Below, piece after piece: positions 15,783 to 24,830 of a DNA stretch of 32,000 nucleotides (the first letter of the stretch is position 1; each line of letters opens with the position of its first letter). Position numbers and translations under genes: made by a program. The notes beneath the pieces were generated by a model, which was not told the DNA's origin, made no database searches, and saw only the letters and a list, made by a program, of their open reading frames with translations. Origin of the DNA: Corynebacterium amycolatum. GTDB taxonomy: Bacteria > Actinomycetota > Actinomycetes > Mycobacteriales > Mycobacteriaceae. Location of the stretch: assembly GCF_049243625.1 (NCBI RefSeq), contig NZ_CP046975.1; one strand, 5' to 3'.

Positions 15783-17930
15783 ATGGCTAATAATGAAATG
15801 AATGGCAGCGTCGAGGAAAATCGCGAGGATCAGCGCGAAAACCAGCGCGAGGACGCAATTGTGAAGGCCGAGGATGTAGTGGCCGGGGAAGCACCAGTGG
15901 CCGGAGAGAAGGCCGCTGAGGAAAAGACCGAGAAGGTAGAAAAGACTGCCGAGGCCGAAAAGAAGGCCGAAAAGAACAAACACGACAACGATGACGACAC
16001 CGTCGGCTTCGATGAGCTCGAGCTGCCGGATGACATTGTCAATGCAGTTCGCAAGGTTGGGTTTGAGACTCCTTCCCCAATTCAGGCTGCAACTATCCCG
16101 ACTCTGATGAGCGGCCGCGACGTCGTCGGCCTGGCTCAGACTGGTACTGGTAAGACCGCGGCGTTCGCGCTGCCGATTCTGGCTCGCATTGATCGCTCCG
16201 TCCGCGCACCGCAGGCGCTGGTGCTCGCTCCGACCCGTGAGCTGGCACTGCAGGTTGCGGATTCCTTCCAGTCGTTTGCTGATCACCTGGGCAAGATTCA
16301 GGTCCTGCCAATCTACGGTGGTCAGTCCTACGGAGTGCAGCTGTCGGGTCTGCGTCGAGGTGCACAGATCATCGTCGGCACGCCGGGTCGTGTCATTGAC
16401 CACCTGGAAAAGGGCTCGTTGGACATCTCCGACCTGCGCTTCCTGGTACTGGACGAGGCCGATGAGATGCTGCAGATGGGTTTCCAGGAGGATGTCGAGC
16501 GCATTCTTGCCGACACTCCGGATGACAAGCAGGTCGCACTGTTCTCGGCTACCATGCCGGCTTCGATTCGTCGCCTGTCCAAGCAGTACCTGAGGGAGCC
16601 GGAAGAGATCACCGTCAAGTCCCAGACTCGCACTGCGGACAATATTCGCCAGCGCTTCCTGATGGTCAGCCACCGCAACAAGCTGGACGCGGTGACCCGC
16701 ATCCTCGAGGTCGAGGAATTTGAAGCGATGATCATGTTCGTGCGTACCAAGCACGAGACCGAGGAGCTCGCTGAGAAGCTGCGTGCCCGCGGATTCTCCG
16801 CTGCCGCCATCAACGGCGATATCCCGCAGACCCTGCGTGAGCGCACGATTGATCAGCTCAAGGACGGCCGCCTGGACATCCTGGTGGCAACCGATGTGGC
16901 TGCTCGTGGCCTGGACGTTGACCGCATTTCCCACGTGGTCAACTACGACATTCCGCACGACACCGAGTCCTACGTCCACCGCATTGGTCGTACCGGTCGC
17001 GCTGGCCGCTCCGGTGAGGCGCTGCTGTTTGTCACTCCGCGTGAGGGGCGCCTGCTGCGCTCGATTGAGCGTGCGACCAAGTCCCAGCTGCACGAGATGA
17101 AGCTGCCGACCGTCGATGAGGTCAACGACTCCCGTAAGCAGAAGTTCGCTGATGATTTGACTGAGGCACTTGCTGATTCGCAGGTTCCGGTCTTCCGCGA
17201 GCTCATCGAGGAGTACGCTGAAGAGCACGACACTCCGCTGGTCGATATCGCCGCTGCTATCGCTGCGCAGGCACAGTCGGGCGACTTCCTGATGAAGGAG
17301 CCACCGCGTGGCCGTCGTCATGATCGTGACCGTGATCGTTTCGACCGCGACCGCAACCGTGGCCGCGATGGTCGCTCCCGTGGTGAGCGCGGTCAGGGCA
17401 AGCGCGCCGACCTGGTCGAATTCGAACGCGAGGGCACCGCAACCTACCGCATCAGCGTCGGTCGTCGCCAGCACGTCCGCCCGGGTGCCATTGTGGGCGC
17501 CATCGCCAACGAGGGCGGCCTGTCATCAAAGGACTTCGGACACATCGACATCCGTGGCGACCACACCCTGGTCGAACTGCCGGCCAACCTGCCGCAAGAA
17601 GTCATCAACAACCTCTCCGATACCCGCATTTCCGGCCAGCTCATTGGGCTGAAGCTTGACGACGGCACCTCGGTCGACGACAGCGATGACTACCGCGGTG
17701 GCCGTGGTGGCTACCGTGGCAATCGTCGTGATGGCGGTCGCGGTCGCGGAGGATACCGTGGTGGTCGTGGCCGCGATGACCGCCGTGGTGGCGGACGTGG
17801 CCGGGGTAGCTACCGTGGAAACTTCGATGACGGTGACGGTTTCGGCGGTCGTGGTCGCGGACGCGGTCGCAGTGGCTACCGTGGTGACCGGGATGACCGC
17901 CGCGGTGGTTACCGAGGCGGACGCCGCTAG
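15783..17930 (+). CDS. deaD: DEAD-box ATP-dependent RNA helicase (DeaD/CsdA-like) with a DbpA-type RNA-binding domain and an RGG-rich tail
   Basis: Motifs are Q-motif FETPSPIQ, AQTGTGKT, VLDEADEM, SAT and HRIGRTGRAG. It has the DbpA-like segment YRISVGRRQHVRPGAIVGAIANEGGL. The start is trimmed from TTG 15693 to ATG 15783, which has AGGAAGAG upstream. Confidence 0.9.
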   Translation: MANNEMNGSVEENREDQRENQREDAIVKAEDVVAGEAPVAGEKAAEEKTEKVEKTAEAEKKAEKNKHDNDDDTVGFDELELPDDIVNAVRKVGFETPSPIQAATIPTLMSGRDVVGLAQTGTGKTAAFALPILARIDRSVRAPQALVLAPTRELALQVADSFQSFADHLGKIQVLPIYGGQSYGVQLSGLRRGAQIIVGTPGRVIDHLEKGSLDISDLRFLVLDEADEMLQMGFQEDVERILADTPDDKQVALFSATMPASIRRLSKQYLREPEEITVKSQTRTADNIRQRFLMVSHRNKLDAVTRILEVEEFEAMIMFVRTKHETEELAEKLRARGFSAAAINGDIPQTLRERTIDQLKDGRLDILVATDVAARGLDVDRISHVVNYDIPHDTESYVHRIGRTGRAGRSGEALLFVTPREGRLLRSIERATKSQLHEMKLPTVDEVNDSRKQKFADDLTEALADSQVPVFRELIEEYAEEHDTPLVDIAAAIAAQAQSGDFLMKEPPRGRRHDRDRDRFDRDRNRGRDGRSRGERGQGKRADLVEFEREGTATYRISVGRRQHVRPGAIVGAIANEGGLSSKDFGHIDIRGDHTLVELPANLPQEVINNLSDTRISGQLIGLKLDDGTSVDDSDDYRGGRGGYRGNRRDGGRGRGGYRGGRGRDDRRGGGRGRGSYRGNFDDGDGFGGRGRGRGRSGYRGDRDDRRGGYRGGRR

Positions 17931-18006
17931 ACCTGTTAGGCAGGCGAGCAGGGGGGGCGTCGTCAGGCGACCACTGTCCGTGGCGCTGACCTAGAAAATA
18001 AAAAAA

Positions 18007-18078
18007 CTGCCGGTGCGCATGTACTTCCCAGCCCTAAAAGTCGGGCCGAAACGTACAGGCGCACCGGCAGTTTATTGT
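18007..18078. terminator. Bidirectional terminator between the deaD-like gene and the membrane-protein gene
   Basis: An 18-bp stem (CTGCCGGTGCGCATGTAC / GTACAGGCGCACCGGCAG, one mismatch). An A-run lies upstream (17996-18006) and TTTATT lies downstream. Confidence 0.75.
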
Positions 18079-18126
18079 GTCTGAGCGTGTGCGTAGGCGC
18101 GGGGCCTAAGCGCTAGAGCTCAATCC

Positions 18127-18627
18127 TTAGATGAAGAACATCAGGATGCCGGCGACAACCCACAGCAGGGAGAAGATGCCGGAGAACATGGCCAGCTGGC
18201 CCTTCTGCTTGTCCCAGTCGAGCTCGTCAGCCTTCTTGCGACGCTCGATGAACTTCGGATCGTCAACATCCTCGTCTTCATCAGCGATGCCGAGGCCGGC
18301 CATCATCAGACGCTGACGCGGAATGATCAGGAAGAACAGCAGTGCCCAGGCGATGATTGTCAGCAGGATTGCGGCGTGCATTGCCCCGGACTTCATGTAG
18401 GTCGACACATCGGTGAACATGACACCGAAGCCGAGCAGCGGCACGAGCAGCGACCACATGCCGTAGGTGCGCGAAATGGCGTGCATGGTGCGCGCGGAGC
18501 CGACCGTTCCAGCCTCTCCGCCGCGGGCTGCAAGCGCGAGCTTCGGGAACATCGAAATTGCGACAGTCACCGGTCCAAGCAGCAGAATTGCCGCTAGGAC
18601 GTGAACCATAAGAACTACGTTTTGCAC
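18127..18627 (-). CDS. Small integral membrane protein (DUF2269-like, uncertain)
   Basis: 166 aa with a GTG start 6 nt after GGAAAGG. It has four hydrophobic segments and an acidic loop, ADEDEDVDDPKF. Confidence 0.65.
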   Translation of the reverse strand: MQNVVLMVHVLAAILLLGPVTVAISMFPKLALAARGGEAGTVGSARTMHAISRTYGMWSLLVPLLGFGVMFTDVSTYMKSGAMHAAILLTIIAWALLFFLIIPRQRLMMAGLGIADEDEDVDDPKFIERRKKADELDWDKQKGQLAMFSGIFSLLWVVAGILMFFI

Positions 18628-18735
18628 GTATTACCTTTCCACGACTGAATGTAGGCCTCGCGTTCAAGCGAGGAGTGGCCTGGATATTTCCTTATTAAGA
18701 CCAGTCCTTAACTTAACGTGCTCGCACTATTTTCT

Positions 18736-19377
18736 CTATTTCGTGCCTTTCCCAGCGCGGATCCCACACGCAGCTGCCAGCGCCGTCCAGTCTGCCGAAG
18801 ATACGGGCAGGTCCCATTTAATGGCCACCGCTAAGTAACGCTGCGAATAGTCACACGCCTTCGCATCTTCGGGAAGCCATTCCGCCGGGCTGGCATCTCC
18901 TTTATCCCTGTTGACCGCACTTCGGGTGGGCGCGAGGTTGGCCTCGATATCGTTGCCAAATCGCCGACGCCGCTCGGCATCCCAGGCGTAGGCTCCGAAA
19001 TCCCACGCCGCTGCCAACGGATAAATGTGGTCGATATCGACCTCATGCGCACCCACCGGGTCACCCGTGTAAGGGTCGGGGATTTCGCGCAGGGCGCCGT
19101 CGTCAAGCGAACATACAGAGCCCCCGAACCACGCCGCCAACACTTTATGGCGTGTATTGCAATCGGCAGAACCTGCCCAGACGTCGAAGCGCTCGCGCTT
19201 GTACCCGGTGACGGTGGGGCGGCCTGCGACGACGCGCACAGTGCGCAGTTGCTTGACGACGGCTTCGGCGTCCGGCCCAGCGGGGGAGGATGTGACGAGA
19301 ACTCGCGTAAGTGCAAAGGATGAGACAAAGGCGGCGGTCAAGACGGCGGCTAGGATGGCAAATAAAAAAGGGCGCAT
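18736..19377 (-). CDS. Secreted or membrane-anchored HNH / DUF1524-type (His-Me finger) nuclease
   Basis: An N-terminal hydrophobic signal or anchor, MRPFLFAILAAVLTAAFVSSFA. The motifs DIDHIYPLAAAW ... NLAPTRSAVNRDKGDASPAEW are typical of the DUF1524 HNH family. Confidence 0.7.
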   Translation of the reverse strand: MRPFLFAILAAVLTAAFVSSFALTRVLVTSSPAGPDAEAVVKQLRTVRVVAGRPTVTGYKRERFDVWAGSADCNTRHKVLAAWFGGSVCSLDDGALREIPDPYTGDPVGAHEVDIDHIYPLAAAWDFGAYAWDAERRRRFGNDIEANLAPTRSAVNRDKGDASPAEWLPEDAKACDYSQRYLAVAIKWDLPVSSADWTALAAACGIRAGKGTK

Positions 19378-19473
19378 ACCTAGTTGGGCGCGAAAAATAC
19401 TTTTTCGGTTCCTTGTAGGTATGCGCCGGGGCTAGCCTGTGGGGCTAGCGGAGGCCAAGCCTAAATCGAAGTG

Positions 19474-20997
19474 TTAGACCAGAGCCTGCTTTGCTGCGTG
19501 GTCGAACTCTTCCTTGATCTTCTCATTCGGTTCCTTCGTAGCCAGCGTGACGATGATCATCACGACAGTTGCAGCGGCGAAGCCCGGGACGATCTCGTAG
19601 AGAGTGTCGCTGAGCGAGCTCATGCCCCATGCGAAGGAGACAACCGCACCAGTGATCATGCCGGCAGCAGCACCTGGCGTGTTCAGGCGCGACCAGTAGA
19701 GGGCGGCCAGCAGCACCGGGCCGAATGCCGAGCCGAAGCCAGCCCACGCGAAGCCAACCAGATCCAGAATGGAGCTGTTGGGGTTCGCAGCGATGATTGC
19801 GGCGATAATGGCAATCAGCGCAACCGCGACGCGGGAGAGAGCCATGTAGGTCTTCGGACGCAGGGACTTGTTGACCATTGCCTTGAACAAGTCCTCGATT
19901 AGCGCGGAGGAAGACACCAGCAGCTGCGAGGAAATGGTGGACATGATTGCTGCCAGTACTGCAGTCAGAATCAGGCCTGCAATCAGCGGGTGGAACAGGA
20001 TGCGGGTCATGTCCAGGAAGATGGTCTCGTAGGAAGACGCATCAGTGACCGAAGCATCTGGGTTCGTAGTGAAGAAAACAGTTGCAGTCAGCGCCACGAG
20101 GACGGAGCCGAGCATGCACAGTGCCTGCCAGCCAACGCCCCAGCGGCGGCCCTCGGTTGCGTCCTTCGCGCTACGCAGAGCCATAAAGCGAACGATAATG
20201 TGCGGCTGGCCGAAGTAGCCCAGACCCCAACCGAGCAGACCGATAATCGTGATTAGCGGAATGCCAGCGAACGGATCGAAGAAGGTCTCGACCGGCTGTC
20301 CCTCGCTGCCCGGGTAGGGGTTGTTAGCAGCAAAGCTGAAGATGTCCGAGGCGGAGTTGCCATTGTTGATTAGGTAGATGATGCCGACAGTCGGAACCGT
20401 CAGCAGCGCGATGAACATAATGATGCCCTGCACCGTGTCTGTGTAAGACACAGCCAGGAAGCCACCGAACAGGGTGTACGCGACAGTGATAGCCGCTACC
20501 AACAGCATGCCGACGAGGTAGTTGCCACCGAACGTCGACTCCCAGTAACGGCCACCTGCCACCATGCCCGAGGACACGTAGAAGGTGAAGAACAGCAAAA
20601 TAATCAGGCCTGCGGCAACGCGCAGCACCTTCGATGTATCGTGCAGACGATTCTCCAGGAACGACGGCACGGTAATCGAGTTACGAGCAATCTTGGTGTA
20701 ACTACGCAGGCGTGGTGCGGTGAACTTCCAGTTCAGCCATGCGCCTGCGACCAGGCCGATTGCAATCCAGGTCTGGTTCAGACCCGAAAGGTAAATCGCG
20801 CCGGGCAGACCCATCAGCAGCCAGCCGGACATGTCCGATGCACCCGCTGACAGTGCCGCGACGAACGGATGTAGGCCGCGGCCGCCAATCATGTATTCGT
20901 CATACTCTGCAGTCTTTTTCCATCCGGTCCAACCGATGTAGACCATCAACAGCAGATAAATGACTAGTGCGATGATGAACCATGTGTGTTGGTCCAC
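19474..20997 (-). CDS. putP: Sodium/proline symporter PutP (SSS family)
   Basis: Strong similarity to E. coli PutP from memory (GGRGLHPFVAALSAGASDMSGWLLMGLPGAIYLSGL; GWGLGYFGQPHIIVRFMA). The longest ORF starts at ATG 21012, but AGGAG followed 7 nt later by GTG 20997 is the more likely start. Confidence 0.9.
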   Translation of the reverse strand: MDQHTWFIIALVIYLLLMVYIGWTGWKKTAEYDEYMIGGRGLHPFVAALSAGASDMSGWLLMGLPGAIYLSGLNQTWIAIGLVAGAWLNWKFTAPRLRSYTKIARNSITVPSFLENRLHDTSKVLRVAAGLIILLFFTFYVSSGMVAGGRYWESTFGGNYLVGMLLVAAITVAYTLFGGFLAVSYTDTVQGIIMFIALLTVPTVGIIYLINNGNSASDIFSFAANNPYPGSEGQPVETFFDPFAGIPLITIIGLLGWGLGYFGQPHIIVRFMALRSAKDATEGRRWGVGWQALCMLGSVLVALTATVFFTTNPDASVTDASSYETIFLDMTRILFHPLIAGLILTAVLAAIMSTISSQLLVSSSALIEDLFKAMVNKSLRPKTYMALSRVAVALIAIIAAIIAANPNSSILDLVGFAWAGFGSAFGPVLLAALYWSRLNTPGAAAGMITGAVVSFAWGMSSLSDTLYEIVPGFAAATVVMIIVTLATKEPNEKIKEEFDHAAKQALV

Positions 20998-21546
20998 AGG
21001 GCAACTCCTCATTATTTATTAGTCGTACAGTCGGACTCGCGCACTACCTAGCGCACCAAAAAGCATTTTCGGCGCACAACTCAATTTCGCTTAATCAAGT
21101 CTGCTTGACGACGTTCACAGCGACGCGGCAGCATCGAGCCAAAAAGTGGCCGACGTCCACGGTGGAACCTGCGGTTCGCGATTCAACACAGCTTCAGCTT
21201 CCGGACTATCTTCGACAGTCATCGGAGCCTACTGGCACATGCGAACCATGGCAGAACTATTGCACGAGTCACACATTTTTAATTCTTGTGGCCTATACGA
21301 CGTTTTCATGTGATGCGCTGCATTGCAAGATAAGAAGCGTTGAAAAAGCTTTTAAAAATCGGTTAAGTGCGACAAATTACCTGGGAAAAGGGGTATTTGG
21401 GCAGAAGGGGAGTAGTTTTTGCAAGATACATAATTCGAACAAGCGTGCTAATGTTGTGGTGTGGTGGAAAAGCTGATCCGGGGTGCGTGGCAGAATCTTC
21501 ATTGAACAAATATCTGGTGGCGAAGTCGCCGGGTGATTAGACGGTG

Positions 21547-21591
21547 ATGACTGAGCAGGCGATGACTGAGCAAGCAGTGGGGAGGAAGTAA
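21547..21591 (+). other. Candidate 14-codon upstream ORF (MTEQAMTEQAVGRK) whose stop overlaps the SNF2 ATG
   Basis: It reads atg act gag cag gcg atg act gag caa gca gtg ggg agg aag taa. The TAA (21589-21591) shares its last base with ATG 21591 (TAATG). It is built on a 15-bp tandem duplication at 21546-21575. Confidence 0.3.
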
Positions 21592-24500
21592 TGGATCAAG
21601 TTGCTAAGTCAGCGGTGCCGTTGCTGCTGCACGCGGTCTGGAAAGATGATTCGGGTCTTCACCTATGGGTGGAGCGGCCAGAGGGGCACCGGATTATTGC
21701 GGACGTGGATTTGCTGGAAGTCCCGGCGCATCAGCGTCGGCTTTTTGCAGTGCTGGACCAGGGGAGTCGAGCGCAACTGACGCTAAAACTGCGCACACCG
21801 AAGGGGCGGGCAGTAGAGAAAGCGGTACCCACATGGGTGTTCCCGCCATGGGCTGCGGTGACAGCACTGGTGCAATTGCAGGAGGAAGTTGCCTCGGCGG
21901 CGATGGCACCGGATCTTCGGTTCTTTGTGGATGTTGTACAGGGATTGGATGCTTTCGCACGCTCTGGGCGGGCATTGGTGGCGCTGACATGGGAAGACAA
22001 TGAGTGGTGGCCGACGTGGCGGATGTCGGAGGGGCTGAGTGAGATTGCTTGGCAGAGTCAGGTCATTTCCCGTACACCACCGGTGTTGATTGATAACGGA
22101 GGTGCCACGGTGGCTGAGGACTTCATCAATCGGATGTTTCATTGGGTCACCAACGCGCTCCTGGCCGATTTGGATGAACCGGCAGAACAGCGTCAGAGTT
22201 TCGTGCGGTCGTTGTTGCAGTCTCAGTCCCTGGGGCGTGCGACGCCGGGGGTGGCGCAGTCACTGGCAAAGTGGAGACTGTCGGCCGATGGTGAGGATGT
22301 TCGTCTGCAGCTAATGGTGCAGGAACCTGTTGGTTTTGAAGGCCAGCTGGAAGACTTGCCGGATGTGGATCTTCCGCAGCTGTTGGAGTTGCAGGATCGA
22401 GCGGATGAAGAAGGGGGCTCAGTAACTCGCTTCAATCCTCGTTCAGCTGCGGTGGAACATGAGACTCTATGGCCATTGCGGATGTACTACCGCATCGGCG
22501 TCGCAGCTCCGGAGCACCTGAATCCAGAAATGTGTCGCCGGTCCGTGCTGTCGCTGCTTCGCCCGCAGCTATTGGCTGCACAGGAGGCATTCCCAACGCT
22601 CAAATATGCGAAGGCAGCGGGCCACCCGGGCTTGGATCTGCTGCTGACCTCAGAGCAGCTGATAGAGCTTATGACTGATGGCATCTCGCAGCTGGCAAAG
22701 GTTGATATCGATGTGATGCTGCCGCCGAACTGGAAGTCAGTGGAGACCACCCTGCAGTTGCACACTGAAGTCATCCAGTTAGATCCGACGGGGCCTGCTG
22801 GGCGCCGTTCGGAACCGAAACTCGGATTTGACCAACTGGTTGATTACGAGTGGAAGCTGGCCGTGGGGGATGCCGTACTGACGGAAGCGGAAATGCGTGA
22901 GCTCGCTGCATCGAGTACGGGGCTAGTGCATCTGCGAGACCATTGGGTGCACGCGAACCCAGAGGTAGCTAGGGAAGCCCTGAAGTTTTTGGTGGAGCAG
23001 ACCAAGGCCGGGGAGGAAACCGGTAAGGGGCAAGCCACCCTGAAAGAGCTGGTCTTCGACGGTGGCTTAGAGTCGCAAGCTCCAGCAGCAGTGCCAGTCG
23101 CCCCCAGGGATCCCTCTTGGCTCAAGGCGTTGGTGTCGAAGTACTCAGACGGTTCCACGGTCCTCGCAGAGTCCGTCGAGGTGCCACCGAGTTTTGTCGG
23201 TGAGCTGCGGGAGTATCAACAGCGCGGTGTGGAGTGGCTGACGGATATGTCCAACCGCGGCTTTGGTGTCATTCTCGCTGATGACATGGGGCTCGGTAAG
23301 ACTGTGCAAATTCTGGCGCTGTTGGAGTATGAGCGCTGCCGTCGGAAAGCAGATGCTACGGCTCAAGAGCACAGGACTTCGCTTCTGGTGGTTCCGACAG
23401 GTGTGTTGCGCAATTGGGCAGCAGAAGCGGCTAAGTTCACTCCAGAGCTTAAGGTTGGGCTGCTGCATGGTTCAAACCGCCCTCATGGTGGAGAACTACA
23501 AGAATTTATCGGAAAACACGATGTTGTTGTGACGACCTATGGTGTTGCTACCCGCGATGTGAACGAACTCGCCCAAGTGCAGTGGGATCATGTGATTGCT
23601 GACGAAGCACAGGCAATTAAGAACCCCAACGCACAGGTATCCAGAGCGCTGCGGAGCCTGGGCTCGCGACACAACATCGCCATGACTGGTACTCCGGTGG
23701 AAAATGACTTGGGCGAACTGCGCACCATCATGGATTTCTGTAATCCAGGCATGCTGGGCTCGGCGAATGCATTTCGCAACAAGTTTGCGATTCCCATCGA
23801 GCGTGATGGGAATGCGGAAATGCTACTGCAATTGCAGTCGATTACAGCACCTTTTATCCTGCGCCGACTCAAGTCGGATCCAGCTATCGCGCCGGACCTG
23901 CCCAAGAAGAATGAGCAGGTGGAGATGGTTCCTCTCACGACGGAGCAGGCTTTCTTGTATCAGGAGGCCGTGAAGGATATCGAGGACAAGCTTAAGCGCT
24001 CGAAGCGGAATCGTTCTGGCAGCTTCGGGCGAAAGAGCATCATCCTCGGCGGCATCATGAAGTTGAAGCAGATTTGCAACCACCCAGCGCACTACCAGCA
24101 CGACGGCTCGGGGCTGCTTAATCATGGGCAGCATCGCTCGGGCAAGGTCGCACGGTTGGAAGAGCTCGTCGATGAGATTGTGCAAAACGGTGAACGCGCG
24201 CTTGTGTTCACGCAGTTCGTGGAGTTTGGCAAGATGCTTGCCCCTCATTTCAGCAAGCGCTTGGGCGTGGACATTCCGTTTATTCAAGGGGCAATGACCC
24301 CAGCACAGCGCGAGAAAGTAGTGGCAGAGTTTAATGCCCCGGACGGTCCGCCAATCATTTTGCTGTCGACTCTCGCGGCAGGTGTCGGCATCAACCTAGT
24401 TGCCGCCAACCACGTCATTCACATTGACAGGTGGTGGAATCCAGCGGTTGAAAACCAGGCCACGGACCGTTCCTACCGCATCGGTCAGCGTAAAGACGTC

Positions 24501-24830
24501 CATGTGCACAAGCTGGTCAGTGTTGGAACGCTTGAAGAACGCATCGACGAGCTGATTTTTGAAAAAGCAGAATTGGCGGATGCAGTTGTGCGCGCTGGTG
24601 AAACCAAGCTGACGGAGATGGACTTTCACCGTTTGCGGTCACTGTGGCAATTGGACAAGGACAAGATTCAGTCACTGCGTGAATCGATGGACGCAGCGGA
24701 GTCAAAGTCCGGTGGGACGGTGACCGATGGGGTGAACCCGGAGGCCACGGCATTGGATTCCGCAACCTCGGATGACGATTCGATTCCCAACAATGTGACA
24801 CCGTTTAGAGTCCAGAAGAGGTGGTACTAA
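21591..24830 (+). CDS. SNF2-family helicase (HelZ-like) with a long N-terminal SNF2-associated region
   Basis: 1079 aa with RBS GGAGGA. Motifs are I LADDMGLGKT, II DEAQAIKN, III MTGTPVEN and VI QATDRSYRIGQ. The upstream region LVHLRDHWVHANPE is typical of bacterial SNF2-associated domains. Confidence 0.9.
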   Translation: MDQVAKSAVPLLLHAVWKDDSGLHLWVERPEGHRIIADVDLLEVPAHQRRLFAVLDQGSRAQLTLKLRTPKGRAVEKAVPTWVFPPWAAVTALVQLQEEVASAAMAPDLRFFVDVVQGLDAFARSGRALVALTWEDNEWWPTWRMSEGLSEIAWQSQVISRTPPVLIDNGGATVAEDFINRMFHWVTNALLADLDEPAEQRQSFVRSLLQSQSLGRATPGVAQSLAKWRLSADGEDVRLQLMVQEPVGFEGQLEDLPDVDLPQLLELQDRADEEGGSVTRFNPRSAAVEHETLWPLRMYYRIGVAAPEHLNPEMCRRSVLSLLRPQLLAAQEAFPTLKYAKAAGHPGLDLLLTSEQLIELMTDGISQLAKVDIDVMLPPNWKSVETTLQLHTEVIQLDPTGPAGRRSEPKLGFDQLVDYEWKLAVGDAVLTEAEMRELAASSTGLVHLRDHWVHANPEVAREALKFLVEQTKAGEETGKGQATLKELVFDGGLESQAPAAVPVAPRDPSWLKALVSKYSDGSTVLAESVEVPPSFVGELREYQQRGVEWLTDMSNRGFGVILADDMGLGKTVQILALLEYERCRRKADATAQEHRTSLLVVPTGVLRNWAAEAAKFTPELKVGLLHGSNRPHGGELQEFIGKHDVVVTTYGVATRDVNELAQVQWDHVIADEAQAIKNPNAQVSRALRSLGSRHNIAMTGTPVENDLGELRTIMDFCNPGMLGSANAFRNKFAIPIERDGNAEMLLQLQSITAPFILRRLKSDPAIAPDLPKKNEQVEMVPLTTEQAFLYQEAVKDIEDKLKRSKRNRSGSFGRKSIILGGIMKLKQICNHPAHYQHDGSGLLNHGQHRSGKVARLEELVDEIVQNGERALVFTQFVEFGKMLAPHFSKRLGVDIPFIQGAMTPAQREKVVAEFNAPDGPPIILLSTLAAGVGINLVAANHVIHIDRWWNPAVENQATDRSYRIGQRKDVHVHKLVSVGTLEERIDELIFEKAELADAVVRAGETKLTEMDFHRLRSLWQLDKDKIQSLRESMDAAESKSGGTVTDGVNPEATALDSATSDDDSIPNNVTPFRVQKRWY

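Noticed and set aside
15702-17474. 590-aa minus-strand ORF
   Set aside because: It is antisense to the unambiguous DEAD-box helicase gene. The sequence is low-complexity and has no recognisable domain.
20982-21476. 164-aa plus-strand ORF in the putP/SNF2 intergenic region
   Set aside because: It overlaps the putP start, lies in AT-rich non-coding-looking DNA, and has an implausible composition (C/H/T/S-rich). It has no RBS and no motifs.
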